64,000 bases of DNA from Octopus vulgaris (Eukaryota): the NCBI GenBank assembly GCA_951406725.2, contig OX597822.1, positions 113,026,001 through 113,090,000 on the forward strand. The letters run 5' to 3'. The notes beneath the pieces are model-generated. The model saw only the letters and a program-made list of their open reading frames with translations, was not told where the DNA came from and searched no databases. Positions 41,869 through 57,249 of the stretch are shown here, piece after piece. Made by a program: the position numbers and the translations under genes. Positions within the stretch are counted from its first letter, which is position 1. The number at the start of each line of letters is the position of its first letter.

Positions 41869-42296
41869 TAAAACATCAGAGATTCCCAAACATCAAAAGG
41901 GGTAGATACAAATGAGGGTGTAAGTTTAACTGCATTGAAGAAAGGTCGATTCCTGGAGATCCGATGAAAGGTCTTGAACTTACAGAATTTGTGCATGTCC
42001 CTATAGTGAATTGTTAATCAAGTTATGTGAAGAAATTTTGGATACAGTCATGCGAAATTTCTGAGAATCCGAGTAAGAAGCAAAGTGACTGTCATATCGT
42101 GTAGAGGAACAGATTGTAATTGAAATTTACAAGAATCACAGATAAGTTCGATTCCTGGAGATCCGATAAAAAGTCTTGAACTTACCACCCCACTTATCGT
42201 ATGGTTAATACCATATAGATTTCCGGTGCATCCTAGTTAAGGACCATATTCATGTGAATTCATTAGAACTCACTTGAATCTCAATTACTTAAACCG

Positions 42297-42363
<67 letters not shown>

Positions 42364-42389
42364 AAGGGTGAAAAGGAACACACGAGTTG

Positions 42390-43152
<763 letters not shown>

Positions 43153-43169
43153 ACATGAAAGAAGCCCAT

Positions 43170-43604
<435 letters not shown>

Positions 43605-43627
43605 ATATATATATATATATACATATA

Positions 43628-43670
<43 letters not shown>

Positions 43671-43748
43671 GCACGCTAATTTCATGAGGAAGCTGTTCCA
43701 TTCATCGTATCAGCAGGGACCCTCATCGTCGTAACCGACGGAGTGATC

Positions 43749-43791
<43 letters not shown>

Positions 43792-43798
<7 letters not shown>

Positions 43799-44410
43799 CA
43801 AAATGGGACAAGAACGCACAACATCCGGACAACAAGGTGATACAAAAAGGGACAACAAAACATCCAGATAGACAATACAAAGAAAACAAGGACGGGTTAT
43901 TCGAAGTTTTCTACCTTCAGTCAAGAACCAGATTATCCTCTCAATTTCGGATGATTATTCTTGAGATTGCTCCAATCTGGTCAGCCCCAAGGAAAAACTA
44001 AGCTAAGAGCATTAGATTCCTTGGAAGAAAGCATCGAATGTATACAAAAAGAAGGGCGGAAAATACTATTAAAAAAATACCATAAAAATAATAACAGGAC
44101 AACAACAGGCGTCTTTCGACTGGGGACGAATTGAATTAAGCTGGCACATGTGGAAATGAAGCCTTACGGCAGAGATACAAAGTTTTCACAAACACAGGGA
44201 AGAATATCGATGTTGCACGAACCACGGTCAGACCCAGAAAGAAAGAACGAGCAGTCTGGCCGATCGGTCACGTGGGAAGAGAAGAAAGAGAAGTAGAAGC
44301 AGAGGAACAAAAGAATTAAGGATGGGGAAGAGAAGAGAGAGAAAAGTAGAAACAGATGGACAGAAGAATGAAGGAGGGGCGAGGAAAAATGACAGGGACA
44401 TGGTGAAGTG
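43792..44410. mobile_element. (TA)n-flanked unclassified element, Penelope-terminus-like
   Basis: Same context and A-rich strand bias as the hammerhead-bearing elements; only a non-canonical core is visible. Confidence 0.4.
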
Positions 44411-44415
44411 ATGCA

Positions 44416-44446
<31 letters not shown>

Positions 44447-44554
44447 GGAAAAGGATGCGTGGCGTTCAGTCATATAATAATACAAATAATATATAAATAT
44501 ATGAATATATACGTACATACATGTATATACCTACATGTATATACCATAAACTTC

Positions 44555-44852
44555 ACCCATCTAACACCCGTGGACATATTTATAAAGTCAGAAAACAGCA
44601 CAGCTCCCATGACTTTCGGAAACATTTTTTCATGCTAAGAGTTGCCGGCATCAGTTGTTAGTTGTCTGAGCACTGCATCCTTCAAAACTTCCAACCTTCC
44701 TGAGATTCGCCATCACTACACCTGATTTTCTCCCCTCCATACACACACAAGCATGTATCTGACTCATACACTGTTCACTTTCCAGACTTTATACGCACTT
44801 TCTGACAAGTTGTGGTGCACCTGAGCACTGTATATAATAATTTCATTATATT
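44555..44852 (+). mobile_element. CR1/L2-group LINE 3' end
   Basis: TRGHIYKVRKQHSSHDFRKHFFMLRV resembles the TRGH..R..FF..RV ORF2 C-terminus. Confidence 0.75.
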
Positions 44853-44878
44853 ATATATATCATATATGTATATATTCA

Positions 44879-44925
<47 letters not shown>

Positions 44926-44932
44926 TATATAA

Positions 44933-45129
44933 AGGGAAAGTTTACGAAAATAAACAAAAGACGAAGACAGGTGGAGTACAAACAAACAAATGTATTAGTA
45001 TAGCGCTCAGGAATAGAAATAGAAAGAGTCTTTTACGTTTCGAGCCTACGCTCTTCGATAGAAAGATACACAGAAAAAAACAAGGAGAGAAACAAGGATA
45101 GAAAAAAAGGAGAGAAAAAAGGAGAGAAA
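44933..45129 (-). mobile_element. Family H Penelope-like terminus with hammerhead-like motif at 45029-45066
   Basis: TCTTT-CTATCGA-A-GAGC-GTAG-GCTC-GAAA-CGT-A-AAAGA; helices intact, core mutated. Confidence 0.7.
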
Positions 45130-45152
45130 TATATATATACATACACACACAC

Positions 45153-45552
45153 ACGCAGGAGTGGCTGTGTGGTAAGTAGCTTGTTTACCAACCACATGGT
45201 TCCGGGTTCAGTCCCACTACGTGACACCTTGGGCAAGTGTCTTCTACTATAGCCTCGGGCCGACCAAAGCCTTGTGAGTGGATTTGGTAGACGGAAACTG
45301 AAAGAAGCCCGTCGTATATATGTATATATATATGCGTGTGTGTTTGTGTTTGTCCCCCTAGCATTGCATGACAACCGATGCTGGTGTGTTTATGTCCCCG
45401 TTACTTAGCGGTTCGGCAAAAGAGACCGATAGAATAAGTACTGGGCTTACAAAAGAATAAGTCCCGGGGTCGAGTTGCTCGATTAAAGGCGGTGCTCCAG
45501 CATGGCCGCAGTCAAATAACTGAAACAAGTAAAATAGTAAAAGAGAAAAAGA

Positions 45553-45553
<1 letters not shown>
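45153..45553 (+). mobile_element. Young full-length family A SINE
   Basis: As for 36706-37119. Confidence 0.93.
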
Positions 45554-45586
<33 letters not shown>

Positions 45587-45592
<6 letters not shown>

Positions 45593-45718
45593 TATATAGA
45601 AGGAGCTTCTACAGGACTAGTACTGTTTCATTCAAGAGAAATCTTCAGGAAGCTTCCTGAAGATTTCTCTTGAATGAAACAGTACTAGTCCTGTAGAAGC
45701 TCCTTCTATATAATAAAT
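45587..45718. repeat. Perfect 132-bp loop-less palindrome in a (TA)n-flanked element (45587-45786)
   Basis: Centre GGAAG|CTTCC at 45652/45653; 66-bp arms exactly reverse-complementary. Confidence 0.95.
45651..45701 (+). ncRNA. Type I hammerhead ribozyme (mirror copy on minus strand at 45604-45654)
   Basis: AGCTTC-CTGAAGA-T-TTC-TCTT-GAA-T-GAAA-CAG-TACTAGTC-CTG-TA-GAAGCT: 6-bp helix I, 4-bp helix III with loop, intact core. Confidence 0.8.
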
Positions 45719-45784
45719 TAATTTTACTCTGCTATGTATTGAGTACCTTACTTACTGTGGTTAACCCCGAATCAACCCGGGACC

Positions 45785-45823
<39 letters not shown>

Positions 45824-46975
45824 TAGGCTTCTTTCAGTTTCCGTTTAACAAATCCACTCACAAGGTTTTGGTGCGCCCGTGGCTATAGTAGTAGAAGACC
45901 CTTGTCGCTCAAGGTGCTGCAGAGTGGGATCGAACGTCAGACAACAATGTTGGGAAGCAAGCTTCTAAATTACGACAGTCAGGGGTAGAATTTTCGATGG
46001 GACTTTGAGATTTTGAATTTGCAATTTACAATTGAAATTTAGCATTTTAGAAATTTTTATAGACTTACGAGCAGAAAAAATTAAGTTACGTTGATTTTTA
46101 TACCATTTTTAGAAAATTATTTTATATTATAATTATTAAAAAATAATATCGTAGACTTTCTTTAAAATATCTATTCTAAAATACGGGAAATACCATTTAG
46201 ATTTCTAAATTAGAATTAAGACCGCTTTTAAGTGATGGCATAACGAATAAATAAATAAACAAATAAATAAATAAATAAACAAAGAAATAGGTAAGTAAGC
46301 AAATAATCTTGGTGCAAAGAACACAAGTAAAAATTCTAGCGCTTATGAGTGAAGTTTAATTATTACAGTCTAAGGGAAATAAATCTTGTGCACTACGTTT
46401 TTAAATTATCTCCCCTGGACTGCAATTTTCTTTTTCTTCTCTTTCGTTCAGGTCCTTTTTGTTACACAACAACATATTTATTTACTGAATCCAATCATTG
46501 GAGGATCGTTAAGTTATTGCACCGCTTTCAAGGATTCTATCGGACCTCTTTATTCATTTTACTTTTGTAGCGATTTAAATTCCTCCCTGTTTGTTGAACC
46601 GTTAAGTTACGCAATCTCAAGGACACTACTAAATATTAAGAATATTACATAAACGTAAACACAAATAAAGGGCGGAAACAGTTTCTGTCTCCTAAAGGCT
46701 ACTCAAAGCATTGAACAGTTTGACGATCGGGTTGAAGCCAGTTGCGCAAGATGTCGCACAGTGAGATCGAAACTGGATCACATCGTTACAAAATTATTTA
46801 CTCAACCAAACATCCATCTTGATTTAGTTTTCAATTGTCAGAGAGTCTCGAAATTTCTGGATTTGGAATGAACTACCATTAACCAAATAGATTTTATTTT
46901 CAAAAGAATCTGATGAAGACTTGAGGTGGATATATGGTTTATTGTAACAAACTATGTTTCATTTTATTTCATTGA

Positions 46976-47384
46976 TCTATATATATATAAAGTTGAAGTT
47001 GTCTGTGTGTGGCAGGTTTGGTAGCCTTCGACTAACACTATCTCCTCCGAGACCCTGCGGCGCAAGTTGACCAAAATTGAGAGTCTGATAGACGAAGGCT
47101 TGCTCTTCCTTCCGTAGAAAAAAAATTTAAATCGGACAATGTTAACACTAAAAATTATTTACATCAAAAAGGTGCTTTTTTCCTCTGAAAATGCTTATTT
47201 TTTAAAGATTTTTTGACTGCTGTGTCACCATTTCTCGGTGTATTTCAACCAGAAAAATGTTCACTTAAAGAAAATAACAAGCTACATAATGCAAAATTAT
47301 TACTTTTCAAAAATTCGAATTCTACAGGGTCGAAAACAAAAAAAAAACAAAAAAAACTCGAGCAACTCTGGGCTATACTGCTAG
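46976..47384 (+). mobile_element. Non-autonomous Helitron
   Basis: A|TC start, 3' hairpin CTCGAGCAACTCTGGG and CTAG|T end, no TSD; termini resemble 23941-24724. Confidence 0.85.
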
Positions 47385-47684
47385 TTTATTTATATATTTA
47401 TTACTTGTGTAATTAAACTAAAACATGTTTTTTTAACATAGGCATACGAATGTACAATTTCGTGGAGGCTGAAAGAATTTAGCTCAATCCCGATATTCAT
47501 CATCTACATATTTAACTACCTTTGGAGAACTTGACTGTTGGTTTCTAAATATCTACACTTTTATTTCATTTCCAAATAAAAAAAATCTAATCTATGAAAA
47601 CAATTCTTTCAGTTTTACATAGAATAAAATCCAAAGTGCAACACAATTTTTTAAAACATTTTCTCATAATGAATCAAAGAAAAA

Positions 47685-47905
47685 ACCCCATTCACCTTCA
47701 AACGTAACCTGGACGAATTTGTTCAAAGAATTGGTGGACAAGCCACTCATACCTGGATACATCTCAGACAATAATAACTGTCTATTTGAATTGGCCATTA
47801 AACAACGAATCTTGTTTTTAAAATGACTAAACAGATCCTACCAGGTCATACTATTAACTTAGACATGGCATGGACTCGTCTTTGGCCGAAATATACCTGA
47901 GTCAT
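47685..47905 (+). mobile_element. 3' fragment of the same CR1-group LINE as 48590-52075
   Basis: Shared AAGCCACTCATACCTGGATA..CTATTAA.TTAGACATGGC.TGGAC..TTTGG.CGAAA. Confidence 0.8.
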
Positions 47906-47950
47906 GTGAGTTATACATACATATATACATACATACATACATACATACAT

Positions 47951-48041
<91 letters not shown>

Positions 48042-48054
48042 TATATACATACAC

Positions 48055-48087
<33 letters not shown>

Positions 48088-48167
48088 CATATATATACAC
48101 ATATATATATCCATAGATACATACACAAACACACACACACATATATATATACATATATATATATATG

Positions 48168-48219
<52 letters not shown>

Positions 48220-48589
48220 CATATATATATACAATATATATATATATATATACAATATATAAATATATATACAATACGAAATGTATGGTATCAAATATCC
48301 ATCACGGCTGGTTTTACTAATACAATGAAAGAAGCCCGTCGTATATAATGTGTGTGTGTGTGTGTGCGCGCTTGTGTCTGCATTTGTCCCTCACACCACT
48401 TCACAACCGATGTTGGTGTGTTTACGCCCCTATAGCCTACCAGTTCTACAAAAGAGAACGATAGGCTTTAAAAAATAATAACTCCATTCTTCGATTTGTT
48501 CGACTAAAACTCTTTGAGGCGGGGACTCAATAAAATGACTGGAAGAAGTAAAAAAAATATAAAGAATCATGTATATATACATATATATA

Positions 48590-51500
48590 CTTGTTAAGGG
48601 CACCTGTCCATATGATACAACAGGACAAAACTGCTTTCACCTCCACCCAAAATACTGTCCTAAATACAGAGTCCATGGCCCTGATCCTAAATATGGATGC
48701 ACAAAAGGCAATGGATGTACCTTCTTCCTTCCTAAACTGTGCCAAACTTCTGCGTCACTAAGGATGTGCTTGAACCCAGAATACAACCACCACCACCTGA
48801 AGGTCACAAAATGATTGAAAAATAAATATAAACAGCAACAGAGGAGACCCGCAACAACAACAAAGACAAAATACAACCACGTTTCACCTCCTACAACCAA
48901 ACAATGAAGACAGAATTATGGGAAAAACCATAACACCAAATAATATAAACATGAAATATGTATCATCTGACCAAGTGGCAAACCAAAGAGGCAACTTTTT
49001 TTTACAAACTTATCTAGAAAATATGAAGGCCGACCTAAGCCAGGAGATCCAAAGAGCTATCAGCAACCATTTATGCAAAACACAAGGAACACCCACCCAC
49101 CACCAACTAGGAAATCACACACACACACAGCCCCATACAAAAACTACCCTCATTGCTACCTCTGAACAACATAAAACATAACATTGAGCTCTTAAAACAA
49201 TTACCTCAACATTCCTGTTAAATGTACGTGGCATCAACCCATCAATCATTGCCCAAAAATGGAAGATCCCATACATAGAGAGTTGGCTTGCCGAAATGGC
49301 ACATGGCTTCCCTTTCTTTATCATTACTGAAACTTACCTAAACAGCACACATATGGATGCCGAGGTGAAAATGAAAGATTTCACCATCATCCGTGCAGAT
49401 GGCACAGACTGAAATAAAGTGGGGACAGCCATCTTTCTCCATGACTCCTTTTCGGTTGATGCCAAGGACATATTTTCCAATGGCTATTGTGAATCTATAT
49501 CACTATTCAACAAGGCCAAAGACATAATCCTTGTTGGTCTTTACAGGCCTCCCCAAGCACTACTAAAGTGCTTTGAAGACTGACTCAACCAAGTCCTTCC
49601 TTCAAAAATACAACTCCGGAAACATACTAGTGATGGGTGATTTTAACCTCCCTCGTGTGAACTGGCCCACAAATACTCTGAAGTTAGGCAAATGCCCTAC
49701 ATCAGATAAAGCAGCAGCAGAATTACTCTTTAATCTAATAGATAAATTATTCCTGACTCAGCTAGTGCTCGAACCAACAAGGCAGAAAAAAACGATCTTG
49801 GATCTAATATTAACCAACCACTCTAGCTCCGTTCACAGTATTTCAGTTGAAAAAACTCTCCTCTCAGACCACGACATGGTACTCTGCAATTTTAATTCCT
49901 GGCGTATCAAAACCAAACCAGCCAATCTCATTCCACGGCACTTATTTGACAACATAAACTTCCCCCAACACAAACAGAAACCGACTCCCTAGAAAGAAAA
50001 AAAACACCCACCAGGCGCATCAAAAGACTCAATAAAAGAAATCAACCAATTAAAATATTCCCATATACAACATCCATATTCAACAACAATGAAAAGGCTG
50101 GAGTTGGAAAAACTTCATCTGCAGAACGACATGAAAACCTCCATTGAAAATCCAAAAGCTGCAGATGAATAGTGGGTAATCAAAAACATCAAACCGTACC
50201 CAAAAGTGTTCTATTCTTATGCAAATAAGCATAGAACCGCTGTCTCACCCATCTGGCCATTGATCGATGATAACGGCATTCCCCAACACGATGCTAAAGA
50301 AATGGCAGAAATACTTCAGAAACGATACTGCTCTGTCTTTAGTGTTCCCACTGATATTGACGTAAGGGAAACGAACGAAGTTGACTTCCAACACAAAATC
50401 TCAGACATAACCTTCACTGCCACTGACATCATAGCAGCAATAAATGAGGTCAAATACTACTCTGCTGTAGGCCTTGATAGATTCCCCGCTAGTCCCCTGA
50501 AGGAATGTAGACACCAACTTGCAGTCCGTCTGACCAACCTCTGGAGAAATTCGTTAGACGCAGGTTATATACCGAAACAGTTTCTATCCCAGTCAGTCAT
50601 CCCGGTTTTCAAACAGGGAAACAGATCCCTCGCAGTCAACTATCGCCCAATCTCACTCACCTCCCACATCATTAAAGTGTTTGAAAGAGTTCTAAGATCA
50701 AGGATAGCTGATTTCCTGGAGACCCACAAACTCCTAAATGCAAATCAGCATGGCTTTCGCTGTGGCAGGGACTGTCTAACTTACACCACATTGAGGATAT
50801 ACTTAAAGCCTTGGGAACAGGTTCGAACTCCTATGTCATATATCTTGACTTCAGTAAAGCGTTCGACAGGGTTGGCCATAGTATCTTACTCTCAAAATTG
50901 GTAAATGTTGGAATCCGTGGAAAAGTTCTACACTAAATTGAGTATTTCCTGGTGAATAGAACACAACATGTTGTGGTCGATGGAGTCCACTCAAGCCCAG
51001 CTAAAGTCTCCAGTGGTGTCCCTCGGGGGACTGTCTTGGGCCCGCTCCTCTTTATAATCTACATAAACGACGTTTCCAGCGTCGTAAATCACCGCAAAGT
51101 GAAAATATTTGCTGATGACAATAAACTCCAGCAAATCATCAATGAAGAAGAAGACCCAACTCAACTCCGGTCTGATCTATATGCGGTGAGTCAGTGGGCT
51201 GACGAAAACAAAATGCAACTAAACGAGGGAAAATTTGAGCTAATGCATTTTGGAAGAAAGTCTATACTAAAACAGCCATACTCTCTTCCTTCAGGGGAAC
51301 CGCTTACAGCATCTAATATTATCAGAGACCTAGGTGTAATTGTTGATAACAATCTCAGTTGAAGTGCCCACGTCAACAATAAGGTCGATTTAGCTCGTAG
51401 GATGAGCTCCTGGATCTTAAGAACCTTCCGGTCCAGAGAACAAGGTGTCATCATACCACTTTTCTCCTCCTTTGTTCGGCCACACCTCGAATACTGTTGC

Positions 51501-52075
51501 CCCCTGCGGTCTCCCCATACAAAACAAAACATTTCGAAAATTGAATCACTCCGGAGGGCACTCACTAAACGAATTGAAGGCATGACTAATCTCGATTATT
51601 GGGATCGCCTTAAAGCCTATTCTCTCCAGTACCGCCGTGAGCGGTACATCATCTGCACGATGTGGTGAATATACCGCCAGTATTGCCCAAACGACCTGAA
51701 CATTAGTTTCAAGGTTCATCCAAGGCTGGGACCACGGGCCATACGTCCCCTGTCCAATTCAGGATCACAGCATATACGTACACTGTAACACAATTTCTTT
51801 TCCTCATCAGGCCCTACCCTGTTTAACATTGTCCCAAAACTGATCAAAACGAAAAAGGATCCCACCACCTTTAAACGGAGTCTGGACAAATTTCTCCAAG
51901 GAATACCAAATAAGCCACTCATACCTGGATAGAACTCACTCAAGAAGAACTCACTACTTGAATGGACCATGACACCACAAAACTTGACTTAAAAAGGATT
52001 CAGCAAATCCTATCAGGTGGTGCTATTAAGTTAGACATGGCCTGGACCAATCTTTGGTCGAAACATATCTAAGTT
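48590..52075 (+). mobile_element. Near full-length but inactivated CR1-group LINE (Cys/His-rich ORF1 remnant + APE-RT ORF2)
   Basis: ORF1 C-x-C-x-H repeats (48590-48814); APE LNVRGI, ITET, YRPP, MGDFN, SDH; RT NYRPISLTS, QHGFR, GVPRGTVLGP, FADD; RPHLEYC C-terminus; multiple stops and frameshifts. Confidence 0.92.
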
Positions 52076-52119
52076 TTGTCTAATTTATATACATATATAT
52101 ATATATATAAATAAATATA

Positions 52120-52570
52120 AAATATATATACTACATAAGTGGGGAATTCTGTCTGTCTGTGCGTTTGTGGAGTTGTTAGCTAACTCATCCTACATGGTTT
52201 TATCGATTTTGATGAAACTTGGCACGTGAGTAGAACTCATGTCTGGAAACCTCATGGTTTCAGTGCTCTTGTTAAACTGGAGTTAAGAGAGTCCGGAAGA
52301 AATAAGAACAACTGAGAATGGTAAAGCCATAATTAGTATCCTTAAAACAAAAGGGTAGGGTAACCATTAGGTTAACCACATAGCTCCCTTTCTAACTTAC
52401 TTGTGTATATTCCAATTACGAAGCATGCGCGAAACTGATGTTGCAAACCAGTTTCAATTTCAAGAGCATTTTTTTAAAAAATTTACATCGTAAAAACTTT
52501 TAGAAAAGGCATGAAAGTTACAAAAACTATTGTCTCATCCTTCCTTTAGAAATCGCTATCTTCTAATCAC
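52120..52570 (+). mobile_element. Probable Helitron-type 5' fragment
   Basis: CTGTCTGTCTGT..ATCGATTTTGATGAAACTTGGCAC pattern typical of non-autonomous Helitron 5' regions; no 3' end seen. Confidence 0.4.
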
Positions 52571-53057
52571 AACGTGTGTCTTTATATTGGGTTCAATTCT
52601 TTTGGCACAAGGCCAGCAATTTCGAGGGAGGGCGTAAGTCAATTACATCGACCCCAGTACTGGGACTTTTTTTATCGATCTCTGAAGGGAGGAAAGGCAA
52701 AGTCGACCTCAGCGGAAATGGAACTCAGAACTTATGACTTCATATTAACCGTATATATATCTTAATGATTTTTGTCTTAGTAATCATACTTCGCTTTGAT
52801 GGAAAGATGTTTTGAATTTTCCTAAGTTAGACTTAACACAGATAGCGTATATATATATATATGTATATACAGTGTACATTAAACACATAAGGAACCCGCT
52901 CGTGGAATTCAACACGCTAGAAAGAACAGCTAGGTTCTATAACCACAAAAATTAGGGATAAAATTCGACAGGAACGAAATGAAAAATAAAAACATTTTAC
53001 CATCAAGTTTCCTACAGCAATTGGTTTCTGATTTTAGTTTAGCAAGCAAATAATAAG

Positions 53058-53117
<60 letters not shown>

Positions 53118-53385
53118 GATGTTATTATACATCGCTGGTCACAATACACTTGACATCGGTTTAGCTTTTGAATGTCAACATTCCCCGGATCGGAAAAATT
53201 GGCCATCGCAAGGTTACCCATATTTTGCTAAGTGAACTGGAGTAACATGAAATGAAGTGTTCTGCTCAAGAACACACGATACAGCCGGTGTAAGGGTCGA
53301 AATCACGATCTTACGACCGTGAACATACACTCCTAACCATTACGTCACGCGCCTTCACACACACACACATACAAACACACACAGA

Positions 53386-53793
53386 GGCGCAGGTGTAGCT
53401 GTGTGGTAAGAGGCTTGCTTCCCAACCACACAGTTCGGAGTTCAGTCCTACTGCTTGGCACCTTGGCCAAGAGTCTTTTACTATAGCCGCGGGCAAACCA
53501 AAGCTTTGTCAGTGAATCTGGTAGACGGAATCTAAAAGAAGACCGTTGTGTGTGTGTGTGTATATATATGCGTGTGTGTGTGTTTGTGTAGATTTTCCCA
53601 CTCCCGCTTGACAACAGATGTTGCTGTGTTTACGTCCCTGTAACTTAGCGGTTCAAGAAAGCAGTCGGATAGAATAAGCACCAGGTTTTAAAAAAATTAA
53701 GCACTGAGATTGATGTATTCGACTAAAAATTCTTCAAGGCGGTGCCCCAGCATGGCCGCAGTCTAATGACTGAAACAAGTAAAAGATAAAAGA
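53386..53793 (+). mobile_element. Family A SINE (older variant)
   Basis: Full head-to-tail similarity. Confidence 0.88.
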
Positions 53794-55805
53794 TTTAAAA
53801 AAACACACACACACATGAATATGTGATTTTTGTTTTTTAGTTGATTCATGCGTTTTTCGGGTTATGAAGAAAGTCTGAGAAAAGAGATATTTTGAAAATC
53901 ACAAAATCAGTAAAAGAGGCGAAGAGTCTGAGAAAGTGAAATACTATGAAATATAAATCCTTTTGGGGATCAAAATATTAATCTCACCAAAGAAGACTGT
54001 AATAAAGAATCTCTTTTTATTTCTTTGTGTTCGGTATCAAATACTTATAGAAATATTTTACCATTTTTAAGTAGTTACGCAGCTTTCTTAAAGAGATAAG
54101 ATACTTGTTTGAAATTGGCAATTGTGATAAAGATATGATAGGTTCCTTCAATGTTCCCTATCAAATGTCTTTAGTTTTGAAGCAGAAAAGACAATATCGA
54201 AACAGGGTTATATTGTAATGGGAGTCATTATCAGTTGATGGGGTCTAAAATGTCCTGTTGGGAAATCGTTCACATGAACTGTAAGAGAATTAAATCAGAG
54301 GAGGTTAGTACCAAGTGGTTGGAAACCGAAACGGAGTTCGAAATATTAAGTAAAACTGAAACCACCCAAGACTGCGGGGACAACAAGAATCTCTGCTGTG
54401 AGGAACTTCAAGGATTTCTAGCCTTTGTACGAAGGACCGGAATTTGTAGGGATTCAGTCAATCGAATCGACCCCTGTAAATGTCTAAGTTTACCAACCTC
54501 ACAGAAGTGAAAGGGGAAAAACCAAACACCCTTCTCTTCCCGCTCCCTCCCCCTCTCTCTCTTTCTCTCTTTGGGGAACTCCTGTATCACATCGCTTCTC
54601 ACACCAACCACGTTGTTTTCTCTCTCTCTCCCTCCCTCTTTTTCTCTCTCTTTCATTCTCTTCTCTCTCCCTCCCTCTTTTTCTCTCTCTTTCTCTTTTT
54701 CCTTTCGTTTTCTCTCTCTCTCTCACTCTCTGTCCCTCCCTCTCCTAAATTAATCTTCCCACCTCTTGCACTGTTGATAAAGTTGAAACGTCATTCCCTA
54801 ATGTAGGAACCGTGTCAGCAATGAATGTCATGTCTTTGGGGATTAAACCATTTTTCTGCAGGTATTTGATGACACCACGACACCAAATTTTGTCCATTTT
54901 CAGGAGAAGTCACAACTCGTTATTTTTTGAAGTCTTCTTTGAACAGTTGGACGCCAGTTTACCTGGAAAGAAACAAAAGTAGTTACAACTACAAAAGGCT
55001 AAAATTAACGCATGCAAGATTTCGTAGCTCTAGCATCAGTCTTTCATGGTCAGCCTATGAATATTTCAGCACAACCTCGTACCTGAGGAGTAATCTTGAT
55101 TCAGGCTCTTCCACGTAGAACTGCTTTCGTTTCCATAGAGAAGAATATTATCTACACATGTCCTTCACCAAGCCGCATGAAGTGAAAGGCGACTTAATTG
55201 ATTTCAGTAAATTCACTCACAGACACGCTCCAGTTTCAGGACTAAAATGTCCTGACTTCTCTTTGACTTTTCCGCCGTGACAACAATAACCTTTGCCTCT
55301 AAGAGCCGTCTAAGACCCGTTTCATCCTTTCTCTTGTAATCTCGAGCCTTCATCTCTTTTTCTCTTACAACTTTTGTTGTATCCAAACCCCAACCCTGCA
55401 CTAACCACTATGCCCTTTCGTCCCTCCTTGGGATGTCACTCCACCTGGAACTCCCACCCTGCTAATATCAGGTCACTGCAGTGTTAAAGTTGCAGCAATT
55501 TAAACGTAATGATAACAGTGTCAATTCCACTGCAGGTGATGCTGTGAAGACCGCAGCTATTTTCTCATCTTGCATATCAAGCAAGTAAAAGGACTTAGTA
55601 ATGAAATATTCATTAATGATTTTGTGGCATATGTGCTTAATTAAGGGTTAACATCTACGTCCTCTACCCAATCACCATACGGCATTATCTGAAGCTCACC
55701 AGGTCATACTCCAGTGCTCTGCTTTCTCCGAATCTGACACGGCTGGCATCTAAGAACAGGTTATGTCTCATTATGGATACACGGGATTCATGATGTGAGA
55801 ATTAT

Positions 55806-56219
55806 TCTTTATCTTTCTTTTATCTTTTAATTGTTTCAGTCATTTGACTGCGGCCATGCTGGAGCACCGCCTTTAATCGAGCAACTCGACCCCGGGACTT
55901 ATTCTTTTTGTAAGCCCAGTACTTATTCTATCGGTCTCTTTTGCCGAACCGCTAAGTAACGGGGACATAAACACACCAGCATGGGTTGTCAAGCAATGCT
56001 AGGGGGACAAACACAGACACACAAACAAACATACATATATATATATACATATATACGACAGGCTTCTTTCTGTTTCCGTCTACCAAATCCACTCACAAGG
56101 CATTGGTCGGCCCGGGGCTATAGCAGAAGACACTTGCCCAAGATGCCACGCAGTGGGACTGAACCCGGAACCATGTGGTTGGTTAGCAAGCTACTTACCA
56201 CACAGCCACTCCTGCGCCT
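55806..56219 (-). mobile_element. Young full-length family A SINE
   Basis: Reverse complement of the 36706-37119 type. Confidence 0.93.
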
Positions 56220-57249
56220 ATTGTTTCTAATCATTGCTGTTTATCCCCAGATATTTCAGAAGCCGTAAAACCCGTCTTTTATTTTTGAGATGTAATCTAC
56301 ATTATTCAATATGACATCACCGTTTTATGACTGTATGACTTGATTTGAAATAAATTTGGCTTCTCTTTCCAACAGGTCAAGTGACCATATAACAGCACCC
56401 TCTTTGATTCACTTATAGATAGCATAATCTGAGAGTACCTACCGAACGATTGTTCCCTTTTGGCGAGTCCTTCATATCAGGGAACTCTTCACTAAAATTA
56501 TTGATTTGATTGATGTTTCCTGTTTTCGGTTCTGAATTTTCATAAGATTGTCTGTAAGCCATAGTGATGTATCCACTGCCCTTTTCATAATATAGTTACA
56601 TACTCCTTTGTATTCCATCCTCAACCCTATGACCACTGATTGGAGGTTGAAGATATTTTTGAAGGTACCCGATTTGATTATAGTTGCAACATAAGAATCT
56701 GTAATGTAACCCGAATAGCCGTCGATTAATGACTTCCGGTGTATCCACTTCAAAGACGAGGGACAGTTATTAACCTTTTCCTGAATCAAAAGGAATCTTA
56801 AAGCAAATATTTAAATCTTTAGTGTTAAGGAAATACAGGGCATACTATATTCCATAGTTTTAAATGCATATTTCTCTCTGATAACACTGTCAGATAGAAA
56901 AAAAGATACGCTTATTTCATACAATTTGATAAGCCTTGTGGAGAAACAACGAAAACCAACGAATGGAATTTTAGATTTTACTTTAATATGTTTACTTAAT
57001 TTACTAAGTTATTTGCAGAAAGCTTTAGAGAATACGTGGTGGTTAAAACAAAAAAAAAAAAACTAAAGAATGGAAATATTGTGTATTGTATGAGTAAGAC
57101 AAATGTGGTAATTAGAAATTCAGGTTTTTAGCAATTTAAACTTCATATAAATTGTAGAAACACTTAGTTACGAAGAACACTAGAACCGAAATGAGTTAGG
57201 CATTGTTTATTAGAATTTGGCAGAAAATTACATTTTTTTTAATCCACTT

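Noticed and set aside
46909-46950. CTGATGA-AGAC.. hammerhead-like start
   Set aside because: No GAAA or helix III follows; at best an unrecognisable relic.
54760-55480. Possible LINE RT remnant on the minus strand
   Set aside because: Only vague motif echoes; too degraded to call.
56472-56789. 105-aa minus-strand ORF
   Set aside because: Non-ATG start, no motif, no convincing splice signals; likely chance or decayed repeat.
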